Assembly (NCBI GenBank): GCA_965644295.1
Contig: CBFFRP010000437.1
Coordinates: 1-64,000 of the forward strand
Direction of reading: 5' to 3'
Origin: Paraphysomonas bandaiensis
Taxonomy: Eukaryota > Protista > Chrysophyceae
Length of the DNA: 64,000 bases
In this document: positions 10,264 to 23,130 of the stretch, piece by piece
How positions within the stretch are numbered: position 1 is the stretch's first letter
Layout of the letters: each line of letters begins with the position of its first letter
Translations under genes and position numbers: made by a program
Notes under the pieces: generated by a model
What the model was told of the DNA's origin: nothing
Seen by the model: the letters and a program-made list of their open reading frames with translations, nothing else
Databases searched by the model: none

Positions 10264-12588
10264 ATGCCACACCCCTCCCTACTAGTTTTCTATCTAGCCA
10301 TCATCCATCTCCTCCACCACACCATTCTCAGCACCCCTTCCGGTGAGATTGATCAAGTAAACCCCCTCCATCACTCTCCGCGTATAGAATTTAACATTGA
10401 TCCCCTTCTTACTCATCATTCATGTGTGGTTTTCTCTGCGAAGGGGATATGGACAAAGCTGTCAGTTGACATCAATTTCAACCCACTACAAGAGATACTG
10501 GCCTACCCCTCAGATATTCTTCTATCAGTACATGAAATAGAAACAGACTCCTCTCATGCTCACTGTTTTCAGTATGGAGGGTATAACTATTATTATCCGA
10601 ACTGTGGACTCCTGTCCAAATGGCCGGATACTTGGAATACAGCGGCTTCAGGGCGATATATGAAGACAATAGATGTGTCCAGTGCCGGATTTTCAGGAAA
10701 TAAGGTTTATGAGTTTTGTATTGGAATGGGTTGGCATGGGGTTAATAGTGAGGTTTCTATTCGCGGAAGTATAGATTTTTATCAGTCTAATGTCTATGTC
10801 AGTGCTAATTTACCATCGCATGTACCATCATCAGTACCCACTCTTCCTTGGACTCCTTTAAACATCTCAATGACTTCACAACCTTCTCATACACCGACAC
10901 GGATACCGACTAATAGACCCACCGTCACCCCAACATTACTGTTGCCTCCATTACCCCAATCAATCCCCATCGACATCAGGTCATCATGTGACGAGTTGTT
11001 ATCTCTGTCGTTTGACACACTTCTAGCTGCCGGGGAGCAGACGTGTCTTACTGTTGCAGCTAGTGGGCAGTTGGACAGAGCGGTTGTCAATATGTTGTTC
11101 CGGAGAGAGTCATTTGGTGTGAGTGGCCCTAACGACATGACAGTTACTATCGAACAGGTTTCTACCAATATTGGTGTGTGGCTTGGAGGAGCGGAATATA
11201 TGGATAGCAGTACGTCGGACTATGAGTTCCAGCTGTGGCCAAAATCATGGCAATCCATTCGAAGCTTTAGTGAGAACTTCGCCGACCTCGATCTGACAGC
11301 TGCTAATATATCCGGCACTGGCTTATTTAGGGTGTGTCTCATGAACAGCTATGCACAAGCCGGTACTGTGAGATACATTGGTAATATTTCTCTTGCCTCT
11401 CTGACTACAGTGTGCGACATGGCACTACCAATTCCCTCGACTTCACCCTCCGCATCTCCGTCAGCGACTGTTGCGCCATCCACTACCGTGAGTCAGGTGT
11501 TAGAGTTATCTCAGCTCGAGAATGTTGCCCGCATTAAATTTGATCTAAAACTACGCGGTGGTGAGTCAGATTGCACTAATTTAACAATTGGAGGCCGCCT
11601 GCAAAACATATCTTTGAATTTACTATTTTTTGGAAATGGTGTTTCATGGGCCTCCGACTTTCTGATATCTGTCAGAGATAGAAGCACTGGACATTGTTTT
11701 CAAGTGTACGGATCTACAATTGACATTGTTTTGTTCGCATGCGATGGTGATAAACATTGGCCAGATACGATGAATGTAGGGGATATTACACATCATTCAG
11801 TTTCGATTGATGTTTTCTCCTTGATTGACGACGGCTTTAGAGCACATGAAGTAAGTGCTGCTATTAGGGCACTAAATATATTTTGTTCATGATCTTGTAG
11901 GTGTGCCTGATGAATGCATATTCTAGCTCTGGTTATGTTTCATACCAAGGCGATGTGGTGCTTACTGGATTAATTTCCACATTGATGCCTACACCTGTGA
12001 GTAAAATTTGCATATGCTGTACTACAGAATATTAACACACTCTTACTTTAGGTTCCGTCTTCAGCTCTTATTGTCAGACATGCTGTGCCGTCAAATATAT
12101 CTAGTGGCAGTTTTTTCGAAATTGTGCTTTTAATATGCATTGTGTCTGGGAGCTGTATGTGTTTCGTAGGGTTGGTTGCATGGTACCGCAGATATATGCT
12201 GATCTATACTCGTAGTGTTCCACTTTCTGATTACCCTGACATTGAATGTGGTGAAGAAGTCCGTAAATCTGCTGTGCCAGAAAACCCATGCTTTCGGTTT
12301 GTTGAACTTCTACGTATTCTGATTTGGTCTCGAGGCGATGAAGCGAGTGTGCTCAACCGCGTGCATATTGGTGAGAGTGCAGCTCGGAGCATTAAGCGAG
12401 AGAATGTAATTGATATGCAAGTAAGGCGGCGTGATATTCACATTGCACCAATAGAATTAGTCCAGGGGGATGGAGAAGACATATGTAGAAGTAATTCAGA
12501 AAAAAGTCTGGGTTTTCCAGTCGTGTATCGAGTGGGCCCAGATCACAGTACTGCACTTGGCACAAATGACATTATTGTGAAGTTCTAA
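10264..12588 (+). CDS. Type I membrane protein with signal peptide, three tandem ~130-aa beta-rich modules, P/S/T linkers, TM helix and cytoplasmic tail (3 exons)
   Basis: Exons 10264-11850, 11901-11996 and 12052-12588 join in frame through GT-AG introns. Hydrophobic N-terminus; repeated SD/ND..GG..WP..C motifs; TM IVLLICIVSGSCMCFVGLVAWY followed by RR. Confidence 0.8.
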
Positions 12589-13923
12589 TAGTCGGTACAT
12601 GTATGTTTTATATAGTCTGTGTGATGTGTGATGCATGTATGTTTGATACGTTGTTTTACTGGGTACTGGGATTTTGTGTTAGATTTCAGCGCGTAGTATC
12701 AGCTTTATGTTGTTTTAAGAATGTCTTGTGTTAGATGAATGTAGTAATATATATACTCGTGAAATGTAAATTTGAATGTGTTGGAAATTGCTCATTTTAA
12801 GCTAGATCACAGAGAGAATTTGTCGTAAGACTAGATAGATTTATTAATAACGTTTAGACGAAATTGTGATAAACAACACCAACTCATTTTGATCCACACA
12901 TAATATCCTACATATGCGAGCCTCTCGTTATTAAACATATCTTGAAAGATCAAACTATTTCAGTTTCTCAATATCATCACAGCATTTGTACATCACTATA
13001 TTTCACTGTACTCTCGTACATTGCCTTCAAGTGACATACTGAATATACTAGAATACGATCCATATTCTAATACTCCCACTCATGTAGAATGCAGTGAGAC
13101 AAAACAACAATAATCTAGTCCCATAGGTAAAATAGATGTGAAATCTTTTAAAGATACATATATAACTAGCAGTAAACTAGATATACAGTTAAACACACCT
13201 TTAACCTCTTCGGGGTCGTTTCTTCTGCTGCTTCTCCACTCTGTTTGACAGAATGTATCGGCTATGTTGAGTTCTGCTGTATAATGTGATATATATAATA
13301 TAATAATTTGCGCCATTGAAGTGAGTTAATAGTGTGCAATAGATGTGTTGATTTTTTATGGCACTAACAAGCCACAAGTTGATAGTGTTACTGCATTGCA
13401 AACTATCAAGTATCAAAGATCTCAAACTACACTCTGAATACTACACTCAAGATACTGTACATATCCTACACCCTACACCCTACACCATTCTGTCATCATA
13501 CACCGAATACATTTCTTTGCTGCTAGCTATCCACTACCCACTATACTGTACACTGTACACGTACTGTATACTGTATACTATCAAACCAAGCTTGGGTTTT
13601 AAACTATAACCGTTAGCTGAATAGTTTACCATCTTGGCTGACCATCATATATATCGCGCACAGACTCCGTGCAAGTACCCTACTACCCATCAGTGGGAAG
13701 TATGCTGTAACACCTTGGCGTTAAACTGTAGTTATCTTATTGTTCTGCTATCTCATCACAGTCGTATGAGGATATTGAGTGTTTGGAGAGCGTATAGGCT
13801 ATATGATGTAAATATATGGCCTCTACTTTCGGCTAGGAGTACCACGGGAGGCTATTATACTGTACAACGGATGTGGTTGTACATATTGTGCCTTATATGA
13901 CTGCTATTCATCGCTACGAGCCA

Positions 13924-14409
13924 TCAACAAAGGTGGCCTCGCACGTTTTCGTTGTGTTTCTGTAGGGGATAAGTACCGGAGATATTTCTCCGGGAAAATG
14001 AAGTAAGCCACATACTATATAGTATATAGCCAGCAGATATTGTTCTGCCCACTCATAGCCTAATGCTTGTGTAGAAGTCTTTAGGCCATGACGAATAAAT
14101 AGGTATCCGGAAATGGACCCACCTGAAGGGTATCCAGGGTATTGGGATGCCTGCTGAAATCAAGCATCCGGGCTGTTCACCTTCAGGACTCAAAAATCCT
14201 TAAGTCAGCAGATGTTGCTCACTGCGTTTGCTTTGAGTGATAGAGCGAAAGGGGTTGCACCTTCGTGCTTGCGGTGTCGCCAAAGCAGCTTTCGTAGCGT
14301 TATATAGTAGGATATATATCAGAGTTAAGCACTAGTTAGTTATATTGCAATGATGCAGTAGTTCTGACTGTTAAATGCCTATAGCTAACAATCAGACATT
14401 CGCTACTAC
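13924..14409 (-). repeat. Dispersed repeat family A, copy 1
   Basis: Reverse complement aligns by eye with 19045-19505 and 41440-41938 (CGCTACG.AAGCTGC, GGATGCTTGA.TTCAGCAGGCA, ATGAGTGGGCAGAA, CCGGTACTTA). Confidence 0.85.
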
Positions 14410-15445
14410 GGATTCGTCGAGTGTGTCTACATGTGGACTTCACGGTGATATGACTCAGAAGGGTGATACGCTGCATGTATGCTGTTATAACTTATGTATT
14501 TGTGCATGCATTGTATAGCACTATTAACATGTTTATTACATTATTTTTATTACAGTGCTTCATCATATAGAGAATACACCACATAAACCATTACACACTT
14601 ATAATGCCACTAAATATGTATACCACACGCTGCACTGTACTAATTCTTGTCGAGTTGCAGATATCAAGAAGTAGACATCGGTAAAGCACAGTCATATACA
14701 TCCACACCCTGTGCTATCCTTATATGTCCTTCACAATACCGTTATATGCATGATATAGATAATGTACATGTGTTTGTACTTGACCCATTTCTTGTCACAA
14801 GCACTTCTTGCATGTATATGTGTCATGAATATAATGTATGTATAGTATATACACTCATTGTGCCATCTGAGGGTTCATTCATTGTTCTGAGGCTATTGGT
14901 GCACTTTGAGTGGTCTTTGTTACCATGGACATGATAAGTGTTCCTAGTATCAACATTTATCTCACCAGTTATGGTGTGATGGCATGCATCCACTCCATGC
15001 CTTGACACAGCAGTTATCGCTCATCTCCCTCACTTCTGCACTATCTTTTTCAACAATACGTAGAACTGTTGTTGCTTGTCCTCTACTAGGAATTCTTTCC
15101 TATTTGTAGCTACACACTTATTTATTATGCATGCTGTGGAGGAATACGGAGCGTATTCTGATTGGGTATGTTTTAGACCGAACAAATCCAAAAAAAGAGT
15201 GAGTTTTTAACTAGGAATTCCTAGGGTTCCAGGGGTTCCTACAACAAGAAAAAGAGGGATTTCTCCAGGAATTGGAAAATCGACCAACACTCAAACTGAA
15301 ACATACATATGCCTCTTTAAGATATCAAGATGTTCTTTTCATTGTTGTGTTACACTTCTGCAAGATATGACATCGAAATGACAGCGAACAGGTAGTTCAG
15401 TCTTCTAATAATTCGACAGCCATCGCCAAGTCTCTTATAAACACT

Positions 15446-16462
15446 ATGAACCGCATTCTTCTCGCTTCTGCTGGCCTTGCCCTTGCTGGTGCCAATCTCC
15501 ACGAACGTCACTTCTATGAAGAGAAGTTTTTCGACTGGCTCCAAGAGCACAAAGTCGAGGTCAAGAATGGTGGACACTTTATCCATATGCTTCAGAATTT
15601 CGCTAACAACCACGACCTTATTGAGACCACCAACTCTCAAAATCTCTCCTACACTCTTGGTCATAATAAGTTTTCCCACATGAGCTTTGAGGAGTGGCAG
15701 GCGCATGTAAGACTTGGTCTTGGCAAACCCAACCACCCCCCTGCTGAGTCCATCCATGAGGCCCCGGCTGATGTCAACGCACTTCCTTCCAGCGTTGACT
15801 GGGAGGCTGCTGGTGCCGTGACTCCAGTCAAGGATCAGGGAAACTGCGGTTCTTGTTGGTCCTTCTCTGCCACCGGTGCTCTAGAAGGTGCTTACGAGAT
15901 CAAGTACGGAAATCTGGAGTCCTTTTCTGAACAGGAGTTGGTGTCTTGCGACTATAGTATCTTGGGTGATCACGGATGTAATGGTGGTTTGATGGACAAC
16001 GCCTTCGATTGGGTAAAGAAGAATGGTGGTCTATGTTCTGAAAGTGACTACCCTTACACCTCTGGCACCACTGGCGAGAATGGTGACTGCAAACCCCATG
16101 CATCTTGCGACAACTCCAAGCTGGCTGTGAAGTCGTACACTGATGTGCAGACAAACAGCGACTCTGCTCTTATGTCTGCTCTTGTAAAACAGCCTGTGTC
16201 TGTTGCCATCCAGGCTAATCAACCCGCTTTCCAGCTCTACAAGTCTGGTGTCCTCACGGGCACTTGCGGTACCAACCTTGACCATGGTGTGCTTGCTGTG
16301 GGTTACGGCACCTGGACGGATGGTACCGACTATTATAAGGTAAAGAACTCATGGAGCTCTAGCTGGGGTATGGACGGTTATGTCCTAATCGAAAGAGGAG
16401 TGTCACAGAAAGGAGGCCAGTGTGGCATCCTTATGGGCCCTCCCAGTTATCCTAACTTGTAA
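15446..16462 (+). CDS. Cathepsin L-like papain-family (C1A) cysteine protease with I29 prodomain
   Basis: Signal peptide; prodomain LGHNKFSHMS; catalytic motifs QGNCGSCWSF, NLDHGVLAVGYG and KVKNSW; CNGGLMDNAF. Intronless. Confidence 0.97.
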   Translation: MNRILLASAGLALAGANLHERHFYEEKFFDWLQEHKVEVKNGGHFIHMLQNFANNHDLIETTNSQNLSYTLGHNKFSHMSFEEWQAHVRLGLGKPNHPPAESIHEAPADVNALPSSVDWEAAGAVTPVKDQGNCGSCWSFSATGALEGAYEIKYGNLESFSEQELVSCDYSILGDHGCNGGLMDNAFDWVKKNGGLCSESDYPYTSGTTGENGDCKPHASCDNSKLAVKSYTDVQTNSDSALMSALVKQPVSVAIQANQPAFQLYKSGVLTGTCGTNLDHGVLAVGYGTWTDGTDYYKVKNSWSSSWGMDGYVLIERGVSQKGGQCGILMGPPSYPNL

Positions 16463-17123
16463 CCATTGTTGCCGATTGATTGAGAGCTGTCATGTTGTGT
16501 GTATATTATGGCTCTATCGGAATGTATACCCGCGAAAGTGCTGCATCCTTGAATTCAGCCCATGTCTCGTTGATTAATAGTTCTACTTGCTTGTTACTGT
16601 TTTTAGGCACGTAGTAATAATGCGGGTATTCTTTGATTGATCACTAGTGTTTTATTAGTTGTTAAATATTAGTTGCCTCACTTCGAGGGTGCTCACTTAG
16701 TATTGAGATAAAACTAAGCTACGTATGCATGGCTAAATAGTAAATAGGGGACAAGTATTTGCCAAATAAACTCCAGTGTTAGAACGGACAGATGACTGAT
16801 TTTAACTTTGCTCTATACAAAAATCGAAAACTTCACTTGTTGTACACAAGAAAGAATTAAATATTTTGTGCCCTCATTGTTTCTCAAAAACGTGCTTTTT
16901 TGACCTGAATTGTGTTCAATATCAAGTTATGACACAATTGGATGATTTACTAAGTTAACTGGACGTGTATTCACTCGTTAATCAAGTTAAGATGAGGGAA
17001 GATTAAAATAAATATAATAAACAATATATCACGTTATCTCTACTACCACTCATTTCTAGTACGATCTTATATCTAGATATCGTCACTATCTTCTTGTATG
17101 GTCAATATATATTCAGTTCTCAT

Positions 17124-17285
17124 CAGGGCTAGGAAACAATATATTGAATTGCAATACATTGTACAATATATTGCAATATATTGTAAAATATATTGATTGT
17201 TCGACCGGCCAAAATTTCCATCAATATTGTTTCTGTTAAAGTGGCTCACAATATATTGCAATATATTGCAATCAATATTATGATA
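17124..17285 (+). mobile_element. Terminal fragment of a CAGGGCTAGG-type (hAT-like) element
   Basis: CAGGGCTAGGAAACAATATATTG plus CAATATATTG subterminal repeats, matching the ends of 26854-27326. Confidence 0.55.
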
Positions 17286-19044
17286 GTCATATGAGAGAAG
17301 ATCCTTAACTGTAGGGTAAAAAATATATAAATATCCGGAAAATAAGAAAAAAAGCCTATTTTTTATGTTATTTTCTATTTTTTATGTATCGCCAGCTCAA
17401 ACAATACTCTACACATCTCCACATGTATGTACAGTACCTCCTAATATAGTATATATATCCTATAGTGACAAGAAGAGACAACTGAACGATGAATGCATAC
17501 AAAAGTAGAGATATTTACCGCTGTTTTTGGAGTTCGGTTGAAGGCGAACCAAACAAGCACGAATTCAAAACCTGTGGGCGCATACGAGTACAGAAGATAT
17601 CGAATGGCTACAACAACTTGAAGAACCACACATCGTCACATGTATGATGGTGAGTGGGAGGATTCCATGAAGAAGTATTTTCCGGGTTGTCTGCACCCAT
17701 GGCCCCATGGATGCTTTTGTTTTCCAACCTTCGGGCAAAGCAAAAACATTTTTGAGAGTGGGTAGAGTGGTTAATGCTGATAATGTTTGCATTATTGTTG
17801 AGTTTTGGGGGACAACTGAGCTACAAACAGAAAGCTGGCAAATGATTCCAGTAATACATTTGTTTGAGTAAAACCGTCGTCTGTTATAACTTTTCAATAG
17901 TGTATAGGTGTGCCCCTAGTTGGATGTCATCTCATCAACTTAACCTTGCGGACAATGAACTCCTCGGGAGCAAAGAGAAGCGAAGTAGGAAGGAGTTGTG
18001 ACAAGACCTGCCCAATGCATTAGACCTCTCATTCGGCACGTAGACCTACTCATGGGGAAGTTTAAGCAGCCTAAGAATTAATTTTGGATGAATATGGTGA
18101 TGTTGACGTCAGCGATGATGGCTCAGAGGATGAGAACGAGGTGAATTTTTATTAGCTATAAGCAGTTGTGGGTTTGGTTGTCATAAGATCTTAATGACTT
18201 CTCATTACTTCTCATAATACAGTTAACAACTACTGTATTCTCCAGTAACCGTCATAATTCCAATATCTTAGAATTACAGCTTTTGATTGCTTAAACAGCA
18301 AAACTCAACATTCAATTGAAAGGACTTCAAATTCAACTTCAATATTCGTTTTGAAAAGAATATTTTTATTGATTACTGATTATGACATTGATGGTCACTG
18401 AAACGACGTTATCATTATATTACACAATTTTAGGGAGATGATGAACTAACTTTCAGCAGCAAATTTCAAGAAATAATTCGCTCTTCGTCGGACCACGGCT
18501 AATAAAATAGCAGGCACTAAAAACACAGACCGTACTTCGCACATAATATCTGGCATGCTTAAAATCTTGATAATTAGTTTGCTGAATTTTCACTTGAAAC
18601 ACGAAAAGGTATGGTTATGCATTCTCAGCCGCCACCGTATATATAATATATCACCATATTATTGTAATAATATGTATGTGCAGGTCAACTTTTTCGAAAG
18701 TTTTCGACAGAATATATATAGCATATAATATATATCAAAATATGTATAGTATATTTTTTATACATACATAAGATAGATGCATATATAACCAATGATATAT
18801 ATAACAAATCATTAATACCATCATATTATCGTAACTATAACATACCATCATATATCACATCACATACATATATATTATATAACATACCATAATAATCTAT
18901 ATATATATTATCAAGAATATCACAATTTATATAATATATATTATTATATAGCATGCCATATAGTTATATTATATGACCACACGGGTAATAAGGAGTTTAT
19001 ATCGTCCCGCGCTCAAAATTTTGAAACGAGTTTTAAAATTTATA

Positions 19045-19505
19045 TTGAAAGTCTTATTATTAGCAATAGACATTAAAAACCTGCACCAACTTAGTAGCTA
19101 TATGAATGCTAGACAAACTAGTTAGACCTCTATCTGTAATTAATCAGTACACACTTTTTTATCCTACTATTATTTAACGCTACGGAAGCTGCTTGTGCGT
19201 AACCGCAAGCACGAAGGTGCAACCACTTCCACTCTGAGTTCTTAAGGTGAACATCCCGGATGATTGACTTCAGCAGGCAGCCCAATACCCTGGTTACCCT
19301 TCAGGTGGGCCCATTCCCGGATGCCTGTTTATTCGTCAGGGCCCAAAGACGTCTACACAAGTGACACTTATTGGTGTTACCACACAAGCATTCGGCCATG
19401 AGTGGGCAGAAGAATATCTGCTGACTATGTTTGCGGCTCACGTTAGTTTCCGGTACTTACCCCCCAAAACACCACGAAAAGGTGCGAGTCCGACTTTGTT
19501 GAGGG
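19045..19505 (+). repeat. Dispersed repeat family A, copy 2
   Basis: Nearly collinear with 41440-41938 along its whole length. Confidence 0.9.
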
Positions 19506-20059
19506 TTTTAAAATTTAGACAAGGGACGACATAGCCTCCTTATCCCTCGGTTAAATTGTAGCTTATATTATCCTCATGATGTTGAAAACGTAATATTAGA
19601 TTGTATAGCTTGCTGCAACAAGAAAAAGGTGTTTCGTGATTAACATTAAGAAACAAATGATAATTCATATTGTTTCAAATGAATGGTATGTATACTGCAT
19701 ATGACATGATGGGAAAATAGCAATTGCACTATAGATCAACTCAAACAAATTTCTATATACAATAGCTACAACAAATGCACTCCTACCACAGAATAATGAT
19801 ACTGAGGGAATGGCAACTCGAGGTGTTGAAATTCGAAAATAAGTGTGATGATGAATTAGTGTGAACAGTTGTAGTCGTACGAAAGGCTTCTTATTGCCTT
19901 TAATGGGCATCATCATCTTATTTATATATAATATGCTTAACCTCTGCTAGAGCACCTGATTGAATGATATGTGTATGATATGAGCCACACAATATATATC
20001 CTGATATATATGCACAACACGTAACCCGAAGCCTGAATGAACTGGCTGTCACACTGCCC

Positions 20060-20836
20060 TTAACCACCGAACTATATACAACGCCAGATATGGCACTTTA
20101 ACTCTCCTGATATATTCTTGAAGTTGCTTTGAAGTCTTTCTTATGAAGGTAGATCGCTTGCACTGACAGCAGTCGAAATCAACAGTCTGCAGTAAATGGA
20201 TAAAATTTCAGATATATAGAAATATGTATAATAGAGCAATCAACGTTAGCTAATAACATAAATATATTAATACCAAACATTAAGTTACGACTTCCATGTT
20301 AGGCAAGAACAAGTTCTGTGTGGTGAATGGTGCCGATGCATCAGACTTGGATGCCTCGCCGTCATCGGAACGACTCCCGATATCTGCCACAGCAGTAGCA
20401 CCACAATCTCTGGATGCTCTGTATATAGGTTCCTCCATCTTCATGACAAGCCATGGCTTCGAGTCTCTCCGAACACATTGACCCATGATGACAGCTGAAT
20501 TTGGGAGAACAACACGGTGTGCTTTCAACTGCCCAATGTAGCCGTTCTCCAATCAAAAGAGGGATTCAAAGCTCCCTTTCGGAGTAGCTGTTGCAACACT
20601 TCGTTGTTACCATGAAACGCAGATGCTTTCGATAACTGTTTTGATAATTCCTTGACATCCTTGTGCTCAGCCTTCTTGTAACAAAAACTTGTCCGGTGGT
20701 CAGGAACGTCATAACCCTCTGAGGCACGCTCGTAAGTAGAAGCCTCAATGCAAACATCAAAGAGCGCTTCCTTCCGCTCTTCCAGGGTACACATCCCTCG
20801 CAAAGCAGGAAGGTCGTCAACCCTGGAATCTTTCAT
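20060..20836 (-). pseudogene. Frameshifted coding remnant of unknown (possibly transposon-derived) protein
   Basis: Two overlapping protein-like ORFs (20525-20836, 20280-20552) in different frames, GC-richer than their AT-rich flanks. No family recognised. Confidence 0.35.
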
Positions 20837-21002
20837 ATATGTGTATGATATGAGGCAGGTAAAGTTGATCTCTCATTGAATACTAATTATTATTAATTAG
20901 AAGAAGTGCTTTATAAATTTTAGAACGCTCACGTTTTTTCCGGCCAAATATAATTGACATTCAAATATTCGGGTCACCACAGAAACTGAATTTTATCTTT
21001 TT

Positions 21003-21305
21003 TGTAGTGAATGTCTGATTATAAGCAACCTTAAGACAAGACCCCTTTGTATCCTATCCTACTACTTATCATTAATCTAGTGTTATAAAAAATGTGTAAT
21101 AATATATTTTATAGTAGCTAGTTAGAGTCAAAACTAGTGTATCGAAACAATTTAACTAACCAAGCCTTAACTCTGATATATATATCCTTCGATTCTGCGC
21201 TACGGAAGCTGCTTGTGAGTCACAGCAAGCACCAAATTGCAACCACTTTCGATCTCTGTACTTAAGGTGAACTAGCCCGAATGCTTGATTTCAGCAGGTA
21301 TCCCT
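21003..21305 (+). repeat. Dispersed repeat family A, partial copy 3
   Basis: GTAGTGAATGTCTGATTAT end, then CGCTACGGAAGCTGCTTGTG...CTTGATTTCAGCAGG; truncated. Confidence 0.75.
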
Positions 21306-22276
21306 ACATTGTTACGTAATTGGTTCTAATGCTATCGTGTCTTGCTGTTATAGTATAACTGTTACACTATTAGGCTTTATTCTTCTTGTGAAGTCTTCAA
21401 CTAATACGAAGTGCATTTCTTATAGTATATTTCTCATTGTGTAAATATTATTATGGAGGAGGAGCCTCAGCAAGAGTCGCAATATAGAGCTAAAGCCTAT
21501 CTTATTGGCAGTGTTAAGAGGATCTTGCTAGAGGGATATGATCCTTCTATCGATACATTCCATGAAGAACAGGTATGGGCTGTTGCCTGTTTTCGATGTA
21601 TAATACATTACTTAAATGTGTGTTGTCTATAGCTGAAATAGCATTTGTGTGTATATACAGTGTTCAGTATAGATGTATATATGAATTAACCGTTATGGTG
21701 GAATGTTTGTTTTGGCGTCCGCAAGCCATTAACTATACAAAGAGTAGTATGATATGAATACACAATATATACATACAGATATCAGAATATACAATGCATA
21801 CATCCACTAAAACCATCCACCCACTTCGCCTCTACGCTTTCTATTTTGTTGCTTGTTTTCAATAGATGCTGTTGTCTTCCTTCTCTGCTTACAACTCCCG
21901 TATAATAATTCTGCTGACATATGTAAAACTAGTTGAGCTATTTTGAACTATACGACCACATGCTCCCTAACCCAGTGACTCATACCCACTTAACCGACCA
22001 CTAACCAGATAGCACGCTCTTGGCATGAGATTGATATCTGCTGTCGGTGGACAAAAAGACATGTGTGTGGCCTTTTTTGACCCATTCAGTCTAATATCCC
22101 CACTATATTGACCTCAAAATCTGTTTTTCCTTCTCTTTTTCTGGAGTTTTTAGGTTTCGACCGACAGCCTTGATGACTGTACAGCAGTGTACTGCTGCTA
22201 CTGTAAACAAGTATAGGTATACGCTCTACACCCAAGACATCTATCTAACTCCTACATAGATGCAGCTGTATTTAAT

Positions 22277-23130
22277 ATGCGCTCCAGTCAGCGTATCACA
22301 CAAATGCTTCGCCATCGCAGTTGTAATGTCCCACTATGCAATACAAGGCGCATAATATCTGTAGTATTTAGTACGGAGAAGCCGAAAGCAGCGAGAAGGA
22401 GGAAGGTTCGGCAACACGTCAACCCGTTAGAAACAAAGTAATCTATGCTCGAGTTAAGTAAATTCCTTGCTGTAATAGTGGTTTATTGCACAGGTATCAG
22501 AAACCTCTTGTGTTATCTGACGATTGGATTGTGAAAGCATTTGGATCGAATTCGATGAATCCATTTATTATCGATATCGGCTGCGGTCGTGGTGGATGGG
22601 CGTGTAAATACGCTCAAAGCAATCCCTCCCTTAATATTCTGGGGCTTGATATAAGGCGCCCTATTATTGATATGGCGCTGGAGAGAAGAAATGAAGGATG
22701 CATAAGCAATGTGCATTTCATTCACACAAATGCTAATATTAACATTGGCAGATTGCTCAGTGATGTTGTAGCACATTCTCAAGTAAACATGATAACCATT
22801 CAGTTTCCGGACCCATGTTTCAAAGCTAGGCATCGCAAACGTAGGCTAGTTAATCCGTTGCTAGTGGAAACAATATGTGAGCGGGTGAAAGTTGGAACCC
22901 AGGTCTTTGTACAGTCAGACGTCCTCGACTTAGCAGAGGACATAGTAGACACGTTTCTGGGAAATCCGTCTGTAAGTGCAGCATGTGCCTATGACCCGGT
23001 GAATCTTTCCTCTAATATCAGTCCATTTCCTAATCATCCAACGGAGAGAGAATTGTACATTCGAAAAAATGATCCGATGTGTAAAATATATAGAATGCTG
23101 TTCAGTGTTCATGCAGAGAGTTTAAAATAA
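22277..23130 (+). CDS. trmB: tRNA (guanine-N7)-methyltransferase, bacterial/organellar TrmB type (2 exons)
   Basis: Exon 1 (22277-22437) ends RRKVRQHVNPLETK; GT-AG intron 22438-22493. Exon 2 carries IDIGCGRG, LGLDIR, IQFPDPCFKARHRKRRLV, QSDV and PTERE. Confidence 0.9.

Noticed and set aside
15350-16285. Antisense and alternate-frame ORFs over the cathepsin (likewise over CAND1, the subtilases and the aspartic protease)
   Set aside because: Shadow ORFs of real genes with biased codon usage; no motifs of their own.
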